Shown here piece by piece: positions 1-8,862 of a DNA stretch of 46,023 bases. The notes under the pieces are model-generated. The model worked only from the letters and a program-made list of their open reading frames with translations. It was not told the origin of the DNA and did no database searches. Both the position numbers and the translations under genes were made by a program. Location of the stretch: NCBI GenBank assembly GCA_045105515.1, contig JBGCDR010000029.1, positions 1 through 46,023 on the forward strand, written 5' to 3'. Position 1 is the first letter of the stretch, and the number at the start of each line of letters is the position of its first letter. Source of the stretch: Oligoflexales bacterium. Lineage in GTDB: Bacteria; Bdellovibrionota_B; Oligoflexia; Oligoflexales; Bog-1112.

Positions 1-4
1 AGAT

Positions 5-56
5 CGGCATTGTGTTGGCGGTAAATATAGACACCGACACCGCCGTGATTTTTTTT
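5..56 (+). terminator. Probable intrinsic terminator of an upstream gene outside the window
   Basis: Imperfect GC-rich stem (CGGC..GTGTTGG / CCGACAC..GCCG) followed by a long T run. Confidence 0.45.
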
Positions 57-116
57 ACATAATTAAAATCATCGGAAACTCTGTCATAAATCAATTTTAG
101 AGGATCTTTCTACAGA

Positions 117-656
117 TTAGGTCCTAGATGCCAGTATATCAGTATATGGATTCTTCCCGACACAGATATCAGCACAATCTGCTTCTTCGCTGCGATCAGG
201 ATTCGAGTATTCACAAGTAACCATGCATGGATCACCTGTTTTAATGTTTTTTCTTTCAAACCATAAGCCAGTTTCATCATCAGTTGGGCAACTAAAGCAA
301 TTAGCACCAGAAACTTCTTCATAGGTGCAAGTGTAAGTGTTGACTGCATCAGAATCAGTACAGCTTTTTAGTTCAGTTCCAGTAGGTATAGCATTTGTAC
401 AAAAGTCATCACAAACCACTGCTGTTGCACCACCAGTTGTCCCACATTTTGATTTTTTTAGGTGCCTTAGCTTTGGTTTTGCTGAAGCATCGTTTGTTCC
501 ACGCACTGCTTCAATTAAAGGACTATTAGAAATAAGAGCAAGTGAAATGCCTGCTATTCGCACAAATTGTGTGGATGCTGATACTGCAAAGCTTGTAGCT
601 GATAATCCCATTAATCCTGAAGCAATCAAGGGTAAAAACATAGAACGAATTTTCAT
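117..656 (-). CDS. Secreted cysteine-rich hypothetical protein
   Basis: 179 aa ORF, N-terminal signal-peptide-like segment ending ...ATSFA, AAGGA SD upstream, 11 Cys in the C-terminal ~110 aa. Confidence 0.75.
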   Translation of the reverse strand: MKIRSMFLPLIASGLMGLSATSFAVSASTQFVRIAGISLALISNSPLIEAVRGTNDASAKPKLRHLKKSKCGTTGGATAVVCDDFCTNAIPTGTELKSCTDSDAVNTYTCTYEEVSGANCFSCPTDDETGLWFERKNIKTGDPCMVTCEYSNPDRSEEADCADICVGKNPYTDILASRT

Positions 657-1305
657 AGTATTTTCCTTTATTTCAATAAATAAGGTAAAAACAGCTTCAA
701 AATCCTAACTACCTGCAATTCTCATTTGATGCAAAGGTTTATTTATGGTCCCTAAAATATTTATGCAATATTAGAAATCCCTATCAAGTCCAATTTAGCT
801 AACACCATATATTAATATAATTCAATGATAATAAGTGTTTAAGAAGAGTACAACTTGATGTTAAAGCCCATTAAAATATATAATATTGAGGCTAGGTGAT
901 AAAAAAGTAGACTAGTTTTTTACTTGTAAATAAAGAGATTGGGGTTTTTGTGTCCCAAAAAATCGTATCAGCTTTTCTTGTTTTGAAGCTCAAGAATGAA
1001 GCTTAAGAAAACGAATAAGATATTAAATTTAGTACAACAAAAAATTGTGTGTTAGACGTTCTGATAATAGTTAAGAGCTTGAAGTGGTATCCAATTATCT
1101 AAAACCTGATATTATTATGTGTCGTCAATTTATATGGCAATTTGCTATATTTATAAACTTGATCTGTTCATAAATCGGCATTTTTAAAATGAAATACTAA
1201 AATACTCTGATGTATCCTTCGAAACTGGACATGACCAATATTCGAGACCTTTAAATTTAGGATTTTAACTCCAAAGAGCTAGAGTTTACGTTATTACTAT
1301 ATTAT

Positions 1306-1338
1306 TTTTTGGCGACGATCTCCTTTCGTCCCCAAAAA
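1306..1338. terminator. Orphan bidirectional terminator-like hairpin
   Basis: TTTTTGGCGACGA-N7-TCGTCCCCAAAAA, one mismatch. Confidence 0.35.
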
Positions 1339-1568
1339 CCATAGTAGACTTCATTCACTTTTGTTTCAGCCATTGGCATAATGTACTGATCAAGAAGAAT
1401 CAAAACTTTAATTCAAGAAATTTGCTATCTCATCTTAGGCATTTCGAAGACAGTTCATTTTTTGTTGATATTTGGTGTTTGAGCTTACCTTATTGAGCGA
1501 AAAATAGTGTACACAACTGCAGAAAATACATACAAACTGCTGTCGTAATCGTTAATGTACACCTTAAT

Positions 1569-2765
1569 ATGGTTGGCATAGAGAATATGTTGCATTTAGG
1601 ACAGAGTTTAGATGATGGGGTCGGCTTGGCTCCTATGGAGGGGGTTAGTGACTTTCCCATGAGATTGTGGATGAGTGTAACATCTCAGCCGCTCTTTCAA
1701 GTGACCCCATTTCTTAGAGTGACTCATACCTACCCCAAGCATCTCCCAATTAATTGGGCCCCTGAAATTTTTATGGATGGATTGAGTGATTGCTTGTCCT
1801 ATTCCCTGGTACCTCAGTTGATGTGTCCCCAGCCAGAACCTTTTGTTGAGGTAGCAAGAAAGATTCTACAGCATTCTCCGTTTGTCGAACTAAATTGTGG
1901 GTGTCCTGCTCCGATGGTTGTTGGCAAAGGTGCAGGGAGTGGTTTGTTGAGAGAGCCTGCAGAATTTCATAAGTTTATTAAATATTGTTCCAACGAATTG
2001 GGGAAAGGAAAATTAGCAATAAAAATTCGTACTGGTTTTGAGTCCAGCGCTCGATATACAGAACTTATTGATGGCCTGAGAGGGCTTTCGCTTAAACGAC
2101 TAACCATTCATGGGAGGACTCGTGCGCAGAAGTATCAGGGATATGCGGATTGGGAGCAGATTTTATTAGCAGCCATGGAGCTGAATTACCCCGTTCATGG
2201 ATCAGGAGATATTGTTGACGACTCCTGTTTGAGGAAGAAATTGGGCAAACAGCATCCAATTAAAGGTGCCATTGTTGGCAGAGGGGCATTGCGCAACCCA
2301 TGGATATTTAAAGAATTACGTACGTCGGCAAGAACCCAAATTGAGGGAAAGACATTGCTTACTGCAATTGAAAGTTATGCCTTGATCTTGGAAGTGTTTT
2401 CTTCAAAACCTGAATCTTTGTATAGTATCTGTTTGGATGGGACATTTAAACAATGTATAGATAATGATTATGAAGCTTGGAAAAATCTTAGTAGTAAATT
2501 GAAAGCGGTTCTTCCAAGTTCACAGGAGCCGATGATTTCTAAAAAGAGCCTTGGTAAGGTTAAGATGCTATGGAATTATCTTAGAAGTTCTTTGCCACCT
2601 TCCTTGTTTAATCCTAAATTGTTGCGTTGTTCAAAGTTCGAGGAATTCTTAGGTGCTATCAGTGAGCAGCTTTCGGCTGCCACCCAAGAAAGACGATTCC
2701 TCGAGCTCAAATGGCAAAAAGAATATGATTGGATTTATGCAGGTGAAAAAAAGCCAGTTATTTAG
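1569..2765 (+). CDS. tRNA-dihydrouridine synthase family protein (true start may be 1587)
   Basis: LAPMEG, ELNCGCP, GAGSGLL, KIRTG, TIHGRT, GRGALRNPWIF motifs. Confidence 0.93.
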   Translation: MVGIENMLHLGQSLDDGVGLAPMEGVSDFPMRLWMSVTSQPLFQVTPFLRVTHTYPKHLPINWAPEIFMDGLSDCLSYSLVPQLMCPQPEPFVEVARKILQHSPFVELNCGCPAPMVVGKGAGSGLLREPAEFHKFIKYCSNELGKGKLAIKIRTGFESSARYTELIDGLRGLSLKRLTIHGRTRAQKYQGYADWEQILLAAMELNYPVHGSGDIVDDSCLRKKLGKQHPIKGAIVGRGALRNPWIFKELRTSARTQIEGKTLLTAIESYALILEVFSSKPESLYSICLDGTFKQCIDNDYEAWKNLSSKLKAVLPSSQEPMISKKSLGKVKMLWNYLRSSLPPSLFNPKLLRCSKFEEFLGAISEQLSAATQERRFLELKWQKEYDWIYAGEKKPVI

Positions 2766-3123
2766 CTTATAAGGGATTTTCATTTGTAAATCTGACCCCA
2801 CCTTATTCACTGACTGTAATGGAGGGCACCCCCTCACAAAGTGCCTGGAATTTCTCAATTTTTTCCGGGATGGCTCAGATATATGGATAAAGCTCAGTAT
2901 GTAAATACGAGAGATTTGGGACATGTCCTTTCTATTTCTTGAGAGTTGGTCACGAAATCATATTGACCTTTAATTTCGGAACTAGGTTGGTAACAAATAA
3001 TTATATTTAATAATTTTTTACATATTTAATTTTTACAATAAAAAAAATTGTAAAGTTATAAAAAAGCACTCCGAAAACCACAAGGAGGTCAAGTATTATA
3101 ATGTAAAATAGGGATGGTACGCT

Positions 3124-4773
3124 TTGATAATCCCATTAGGCTTAGGGCAAAAACTGAAAAGAATTCCAGCCCTAACAACTATAATTGTAATTGTGACTTG
3201 TTTCTTTTTTTATACTCAACAACAGAGTAATTATACGATTTTTACCTTAGCTAAACTGAGAAAAAAATATAACTTAAAGCGAAATGGTGTAGTGCTATTT
3301 CAAAATTATTGTATAAAACGTACCTCTCAAAAAAGCTTGTGTAAAAAGTACTCGAACCTAGTAGCTGACAAATACCTTGAATTACCAAGGAATTTTAACG
3401 AAAAAAAAAGCAAATCCTTAAAAAAGTTCAAAAAAGATTATCATTCCAGGGAAAAAAAACGAAAAAGGCTTACTAAGGAGCTGCTAAAGGCTCGTAAGGG
3501 GCAGAAGCGTTACGAAGTCTTAGGAGCTGTCAATGATTTTTTACGTTATCGTTTTAAACCAAAGAAAAAATTTGCTCGAATCAAGGGGTATAAATCTTAT
3601 CATAAGTCGTTAGCAAGGTTTTATCGCGATATAAAACTAATGCATCGGACCCAGAATTCGCTTTCAAAGCTGAATTTTAGAGGAATACCAGTAGTCATGG
3701 CACAGTTAACTCATGGGGATATTATTCATCTATTTTCTAATATGTTTTTGTTTGTGGTTTTGGGAGTTTTTTTAGAGCAGAGAATTTCTTTTATTTCTTA
3801 TCTGTTAATTTACCTATTAGGAGGAAGCTTTGCGGTAGCTGCTCATACTGTTTTAAGCAGCGATCCAACGATCCCACTGGTGGGTGCTTCAGGTAATGTA
3901 AGTGCCGTTCTAGGTGCTTTTTGGATATTATTTTATAATTTCTCAATGCGATTATATATTCCTTTTTTGACTGGTAATGAAAAGATTTTCTTGCCGGTTA
4001 AGCTAACGGTTCCTTTTTTGTTCTTGATGGGTGATGTAGTTGGGTATTTAGCGAGTAAAAATCTACTGTCAGACGCTGGACGAGTTGGCCATATGGCACA
4101 CCTCTCGGGATTTTTTATGGGAGCTTCTATTGCAGTTGCGATTAGGGCTCTGTTTAAACTTCCGTGGCCTTTTGTTGCTCCGATTGAAGTAAAAGAACTG
4201 CAAGTATTAGAACAGGTTTCTAATCTAGATGAAAAACTCGTCAAGTCAAACAAGATGATTGAAACTAATAGAGACAATATTTTGGTGATGGCAAGTACAA
4301 TTGGAAGTATTTGTACTTCTATTTATGATTATGAAAGTAAGAGAAAGATCCTTGCAAACCCCATGTATAGAAATTTCATTGAACATGGGCTCAAGGTGAT
4401 CTGTACTCTTGGGATCAGGTTTGGGAAAGAAAGAATGGTTTGCCACTTTCTTGACAGCATTCCTATCCAGGTACCATTGAGTATCAATCTTACTGACTTG
4501 GGTCAGGATAACGTACTCTATTTAGCTGATTGTGCCTTGTTTTTTGGATATGCAAGTTTGAGTTTACGTCTTTATGAGGTATATTTGTATCGTTATCAGG
4601 ATGCAAAACAAGCACCTTTAGTTGTAATGTCTGTACGCTCCCTACTTAGTATGCTTCCCAAAAATCAGGAATGGAAAGAAGTAACCACAGCCCTAAAATC
4701 GTATTCAACAACCATTGAGTTCATTAGGGAATTAGATGGATTTTTAGGTTTGAATACACTGGAAACAGCCTGA
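3124..4773 (+). CDS. Rhomboid-family intramembrane serine protease with a large basic insertion and C-terminal helical extension
   Basis: HGDIIHLFSNM, LVGASG (catalytic Ser), GHMAHLSG (catalytic His), multiple TM segments; TTG start. Confidence 0.9.
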   Translation: MIIPLGLGQKLKRIPALTTIIVIVTCFFFYTQQQSNYTIFTLAKLRKKYNLKRNGVVLFQNYCIKRTSQKSLCKKYSNLVADKYLELPRNFNEKKSKSLKKFKKDYHSREKKRKRLTKELLKARKGQKRYEVLGAVNDFLRYRFKPKKKFARIKGYKSYHKSLARFYRDIKLMHRTQNSLSKLNFRGIPVVMAQLTHGDIIHLFSNMFLFVVLGVFLEQRISFISYLLIYLLGGSFAVAAHTVLSSDPTIPLVGASGNVSAVLGAFWILFYNFSMRLYIPFLTGNEKIFLPVKLTVPFLFLMGDVVGYLASKNLLSDAGRVGHMAHLSGFFMGASIAVAIRALFKLPWPFVAPIEVKELQVLEQVSNLDEKLVKSNKMIETNRDNILVMASTIGSICTSIYDYESKRKILANPMYRNFIEHGLKVICTLGIRFGKERMVCHFLDSIPIQVPLSINLTDLGQDNVLYLADCALFFGYASLSLRLYEVYLYRYQDAKQAPLVVMSVRSLLSMLPKNQEWKEVTTALKSYSTTIEFIRELDGFLGLNTLETA

Positions 4774-4789
4774 TGGAAGAAAAGAATTA

Positions 4790-5344
4790 ATGAAATATCT
4801 AAAACGGTTCAGGCCGGTAAAAAGCCGAAAACCTATAAGGGGTGTAAAGCTCTTTCATGATATTGAGATTGACTACAGGTTATATCATCCAGCTAGCCCC
4901 CGATCCCGTGTCCTAGCATTTGTAATTGATTTTACTTTTCAGGTTTCCCTTGTAAGATTGTTTCAAGCAATTTTTTCTGCCTATGTTCAACAAAAAATAG
5001 CATGGGCTATTCACAATCCGCAGCTTTTTGCTGATATATGCGCGTTTGCCGCAATAGTTGCTTACACTTTTTACCCGCTCTATTCCTCTGGGCAAACTCT
5101 TGGAAAAAAGGCTTTGGGAATCAGGGTAGTCAGAAGCAACTACCGAGGGGATTTGAGTATTCTGTCGATTTTTTTACGAGAGCTCGTAGGCAAGCCCATT
5201 GCCTTAGTATCTCTTTTTCTTGGATTTTTTATGATCCTGCTAAATTCTGAGCATCGGGGTTTTCATGATTATCTTAGTTCTTCTCGGGTAATCTCTTACC
5301 GGCTTCCAAGACGGCTTAGCAAAAGATCTGGGATCAAGGTTTGA
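4790..5344 (+). CDS. RDD family membrane protein
   Basis: RVLAFVID, GQTLGKKALGIRVV, RGFHD motifs. Confidence 0.9.
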   Translation: MKYLKRFRPVKSRKPIRGVKLFHDIEIDYRLYHPASPRSRVLAFVIDFTFQVSLVRLFQAIFSAYVQQKIAWAIHNPQLFADICAFAAIVAYTFYPLYSSGQTLGKKALGIRVVRSNYRGDLSILSIFLRELVGKPIALVSLFLGFFMILLNSEHRGFHDYLSSSRVISYRLPRRLSKRSGIKV

Positions 5345-5367
5345 AATTATTTCAAGAGTTTTTGGCT

Positions 5368-5396
5368 TTGACTTCTCTTCTGAAATCCTGTAGCTT
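5368..5396 (+). promoter_or_regulatory. Putative sigma70 promoter for the 5470 gene
   Basis: TTGACT-N17-TAGCTT. Confidence 0.5.
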
Positions 5397-5469
5397 GCTG
5401 TGGTCAATGACTACAAGGCATTATCGTTTTCCTTGATCTGCTTTTTTTAAAGAAATTAAGAGGTTATAA

Positions 5470-6435
5470 ATGAAAAAGGGTATCATATTAGGAGTTGTAA
5501 TAGCGACCGTTGCAGCTTTTTTTGTCTTTAGAAATAAGCCAGAGAATGAAGAGAAGGCTCCCCAGGCTGAAAATCTAGATGATAAAGCACAAGAATATAA
5601 TGTGGTTAGTCAGGCTAAATGGGATGAGAGTAAGCCAAGGCAAAATGGTTTGGAAGCAAACTCTAAGAATACGAAAACAAACTCAAAGTTGGACGATCGT
5701 TCTCTAAGTCCTGTCGATAAGGCGATGGCAAAGTTTGTTGATTCTTCAGGCCTGGAGAAAAAGCTGTTGAGCATGAACTCAATGTTGGAGCAGCAGATTG
5801 AAATGCTAATGTCTGATCAGACAATGAGTGACGAAGAACGAGCAAGCTTTCTTAAGGCATTTAAGGCGAATTTTGATGGAAAGAGATTGCTTGAAGAGTA
5901 TACAAATAGTATGAAGTTGAAGTATTCTGAAAAGGAATTAAAGGAGTTAGCTGAAATTTACGAAGATCCGAGTGTACAAAGGTTTAATCAGCTCAATAAC
6001 GATATGGTGGATCCAGCAAACATGCAGGACTATCAGCAAGAATTCGTCGAATATATGAAAAATCTCGATCAGAACCCAGATAACTCTGAGCGTACGAAGC
6101 TCTTTCAAGATCTTGATAAAGCCATGAACACTTCCGGTCAAGCAGTTAAGCTGACTATGGAACTTTTCAACATGTACGCTGAAAAGGATGGTGAAGCAGC
6201 ATTGAGTCCTGAGGAAGCAGGTGGTTTTCAAGCTGCTATTGCAGATCAAGTGCAAAAGGGATTGATGTTTACCTTGAGAGATTCGTCTGATGGCGAGGTT
6301 AAGGACCTTGGTGACAAGCTTAATAATCCCATGGTACGTAACTCCAATGATGTTCTGGTTGACACATTTACTGGGCCTTTAAAGAAAGTTATGTCAGCAC
6401 TTGAGAATAATAATAAACCCGAGCCTCAGTCTTAA
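5470..6435 (+). CDS. Membrane-anchored helical hypothetical protein (DUF2059-like)
   Basis: N-terminal TM anchor, acidic helical body, 'YSEKELKELAEIYEDP' resembles the DUF2059 motif; strong SD AAGAGG. Confidence 0.6.
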   Translation: MKKGIILGVVIATVAAFFVFRNKPENEEKAPQAENLDDKAQEYNVVSQAKWDESKPRQNGLEANSKNTKTNSKLDDRSLSPVDKAMAKFVDSSGLEKKLLSMNSMLEQQIEMLMSDQTMSDEERASFLKAFKANFDGKRLLEEYTNSMKLKYSEKELKELAEIYEDPSVQRFNQLNNDMVDPANMQDYQQEFVEYMKNLDQNPDNSERTKLFQDLDKAMNTSGQAVKLTMELFNMYAEKDGEAALSPEEAGGFQAAIADQVQKGLMFTLRDSSDGEVKDLGDKLNNPMVRNSNDVLVDTFTGPLKKVMSALENNNKPEPQS

Positions 6436-6523
6436 TATGAGTAGATTGTGTCTTATTAACCCTCTTTCCCTCTTCACTTGAAAGGATAGTGGGTTTTCTT
6501 TTGTGTACCTTTAAGGATTTATC

Positions 6524-7696
6524 ATGAATCGATTTCTGGCCACCTGCCCCGAAGAGACAAAGAATGTGCTGATTGAGGAGCTTGAGTCTTTCGGAGCATG
6601 TGAGGTTTCCCCAGGTTATAAGCTGGTGAGTTTTAAAGCTGACACCGAGCTATACTATAAACTTCACTTGAACTTAGCAACTGCTAGCAATCTCTATACT
6701 GTACTTAGAGAATGTTCTGCAAAAAATCCAAAAATGCTCTACTCGCAAGCAAGAAGAGTAAAGTGGTCGCAAGTTTTCACATTAAATAAGAGCTTTAAAG
6801 TTGATGGTATTGCTGGGGACCGTGGTCAAGATGCTATGAGTTCCAATGAAATCAGTAAACAATTGCGAGCAGCCATAGAGAATCATTTTTATGAGGTGGA
6901 GGGGAAAAAGCCAAAAGTTTGCCTCAAGGAACCTCAAGTCTTAATTACATGCATGGTTTACCGAGGCAAAGCTACTATATGTGTAAACACCTCGGGAAAG
7001 GCATTACATAAGCGAGCTTACCGAATAGGAGGGCATCCAGCCCCATTAAAGGAAACGATGGCGGCAAGCTTGCTAAAAATTGCTGACTTCAAAGGGCAAA
7101 CCACTTTTCTAGATCCTATGTGCGGTAGTGGTACCATTGCGATTGAAGCAGCTTTCTTGGCATTAAATAAAGCTTGTAATATCCATCGGAAAAAAGGGCA
7201 ATTTGGCTTAGAGCACTTAAAAAGTTTTGATCGGGTATTATGGAGATCGGTGCAAGAAAAACTTAGAGAGGGGAAGAAAGCAGCTGTCGATAACAAGATC
7301 TATGCGTGTGATTTAAACCCAAACTTTGTTTCTGCTGCAAAAGAGAATGCTTTAAGAGCTCGGGTGGAAAAGTTTATAGACTTCCAAGAAAAATCATTCT
7401 TTGATTTGAATAAGCCTGAAGAGTCTGGAGTATTAATCGCGAATCTACCCTATGGCGAACGCTTAGATGCGGGGGATGATTCCATGGAAAGCTTTTATCG
7501 AAAAATAGGTGATCATCTCAAGAAGAACTTTTCTTCTTGGCAGGCTTATCTTTTTGTTAATCAAGAATCCCCCTGGAAGCATATGGGTCTAAAACCGAGC
7601 CGAAAAATTCCTTTGTTAAATGGAAGCATAAAAACAAAATTATTGGTCTATGACCTTTACAGTGGCTCCAAGAAAGCAAAGCATAAAGGAGTTTAA
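6524..7696 (+). CDS. THUMP-domain class I SAM-dependent RNA methyltransferase (RlmL/YpsC-like)
   Basis: SGKALHKRAYR, APLKETMAA, FLDPMCGSGTIAIEA, ANLPYGERL (NPPY variant). Confidence 0.92.
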   Translation: MNRFLATCPEETKNVLIEELESFGACEVSPGYKLVSFKADTELYYKLHLNLATASNLYTVLRECSAKNPKMLYSQARRVKWSQVFTLNKSFKVDGIAGDRGQDAMSSNEISKQLRAAIENHFYEVEGKKPKVCLKEPQVLITCMVYRGKATICVNTSGKALHKRAYRIGGHPAPLKETMAASLLKIADFKGQTTFLDPMCGSGTIAIEAAFLALNKACNIHRKKGQFGLEHLKSFDRVLWRSVQEKLREGKKAAVDNKIYACDLNPNFVSAAKENALRARVEKFIDFQEKSFFDLNKPEESGVLIANLPYGERLDAGDDSMESFYRKIGDHLKKNFSSWQAYLFVNQESPWKHMGLKPSRKIPLLNGSIKTKLLVYDLYSGSKKAKHKGV

Positions 7697-7698
7697 TT

Positions 7699-8151
7699 GT
7701 GCAGTACTGGCTTATGAAGTCTGAGCCTGAAGTTTTTAGCATAGATGATCTTTCTAAAGTATCTCGAGAGCCTTGGGATGGTGTGCGTAACTATCAGGCA
7801 AGGAATTTTATGAAATCCATGAACAAAGGTGATCTGGCTTTTTTTTACCACTCAAATTGTAAGCCTCCAGGGATAGCAGGAATCATGAGCATTGTTAAGA
7901 CAGCATACCCAGATCATACTGCATTGGACCCTAAGTCACCTTATTTTGATGAAAAAGCGAGTGAAGAGAACCCTCGCTGGTATATGGTTGATGTTAAGTT
8001 TAAAAAACGTTTTAAACAGTTGATTAGCCTCAATGATCTCAAAGAAGTAGATGCTCTTGCTGATTTGTCTCTTGTAAGGAAGGGTAACCGTCTTTCAATC
8101 ATGCCTGTAACAGAAGAACAGTGGAATTGTATTCTTGGTTTATCTTCTTAA
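7699..8151 (+). CDS. EVE domain-containing protein
   Basis: YWLMKSEP, WDGVRNYQARN, FFYHS, RLSIMPVT. Confidence 0.95.
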   Translation: MQYWLMKSEPEVFSIDDLSKVSREPWDGVRNYQARNFMKSMNKGDLAFFYHSNCKPPGIAGIMSIVKTAYPDHTALDPKSPYFDEKASEENPRWYMVDVKFKKRFKQLISLNDLKEVDALADLSLVRKGNRLSIMPVTEEQWNCILGLSS

Positions 8152-8322
8152 AGAAGAACCTTGGTTTTAAGCTTCACATAAGATTTTTCTAAGTTAATAG
8201 CTTGCCTTTCAGAGTCAAAGATAGTTGCAGCACTTTCCCTGCTGATATGTTAGTTTGATGCCTTATGGGGTTTCCCTTGCGATAGTGTGGGTCCATTTGC
8301 TTAAAGAAGACAAGGAATAAGA

Positions 8323-8862
8323 ATGTTAGAAAAGAATTATGCGAAAGAAGTCGAAGAAGCAACGAAAGATGTAGATTTTTCCAAAGAATCGTACCAGATT
8401 GAGTTGGAAACTAATAAAGGTAAGATCTTAATTGACCTCTATCCAGATATTGCCCCCAAGCACTGCAAAAATATGATTGGTTTAGCCAAAGTTGGTTTTT
8501 ACGACAATCTATTATTTCATCGTGTCATAGCAGGATTTGTGATTCAAGGTGGCTGTCCTCGTGGTACGGGCACCGGTGGACCTGGATATCAAGTTGATGC
8601 TGAATTTAATGAGCGTAAGCATGAACCAGGTGTGCTCTCAATGGCAAGAGCACAAGATCCCAACTCTGCTGGATCACAGTTTTTTCTTTGTTTAAATGAT
8701 GTGCCGCACCTTGATAATCAGTATACTGTATTTGGTAAAACGGCTGATCAAGAAAGTTTAGATGTGGTACTAGAGATTGGTAGAGCTGAGACCGGTGCCC
8801 AAGATAAACCTCGTGAAGAATTGCTTATTCAGAAAGCAAGTGTCGTTACTAAAGCTACCTAA
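8323..8862 (+). CDS. Cyclophilin-type peptidyl-prolyl cis-trans isomerase
   Basis: FHRVIAGFVIQGG, LSMARAQDPNSAGSQFF, HLDNQYTVFG. Confidence 0.95.
   Translation: MLEKNYAKEVEEATKDVDFSKESYQIELETNKGKILIDLYPDIAPKHCKNMIGLAKVGFYDNLLFHRVIAGFVIQGGCPRGTGTGGPGYQVDAEFNERKHEPGVLSMARAQDPNSAGSQFFLCLNDVPHLDNQYTVFGKTADQESLDVVLEIGRAETGAQDKPREELLIQKASVVTKAT

Noticed and set aside
337..708. 123-aa plus-strand ORF and the many other short antisense or nested ORFs in the track (e.g. 19434-19919, 20277-20669)
   Set aside because: Shadows of well-supported genes; no motifs or SD
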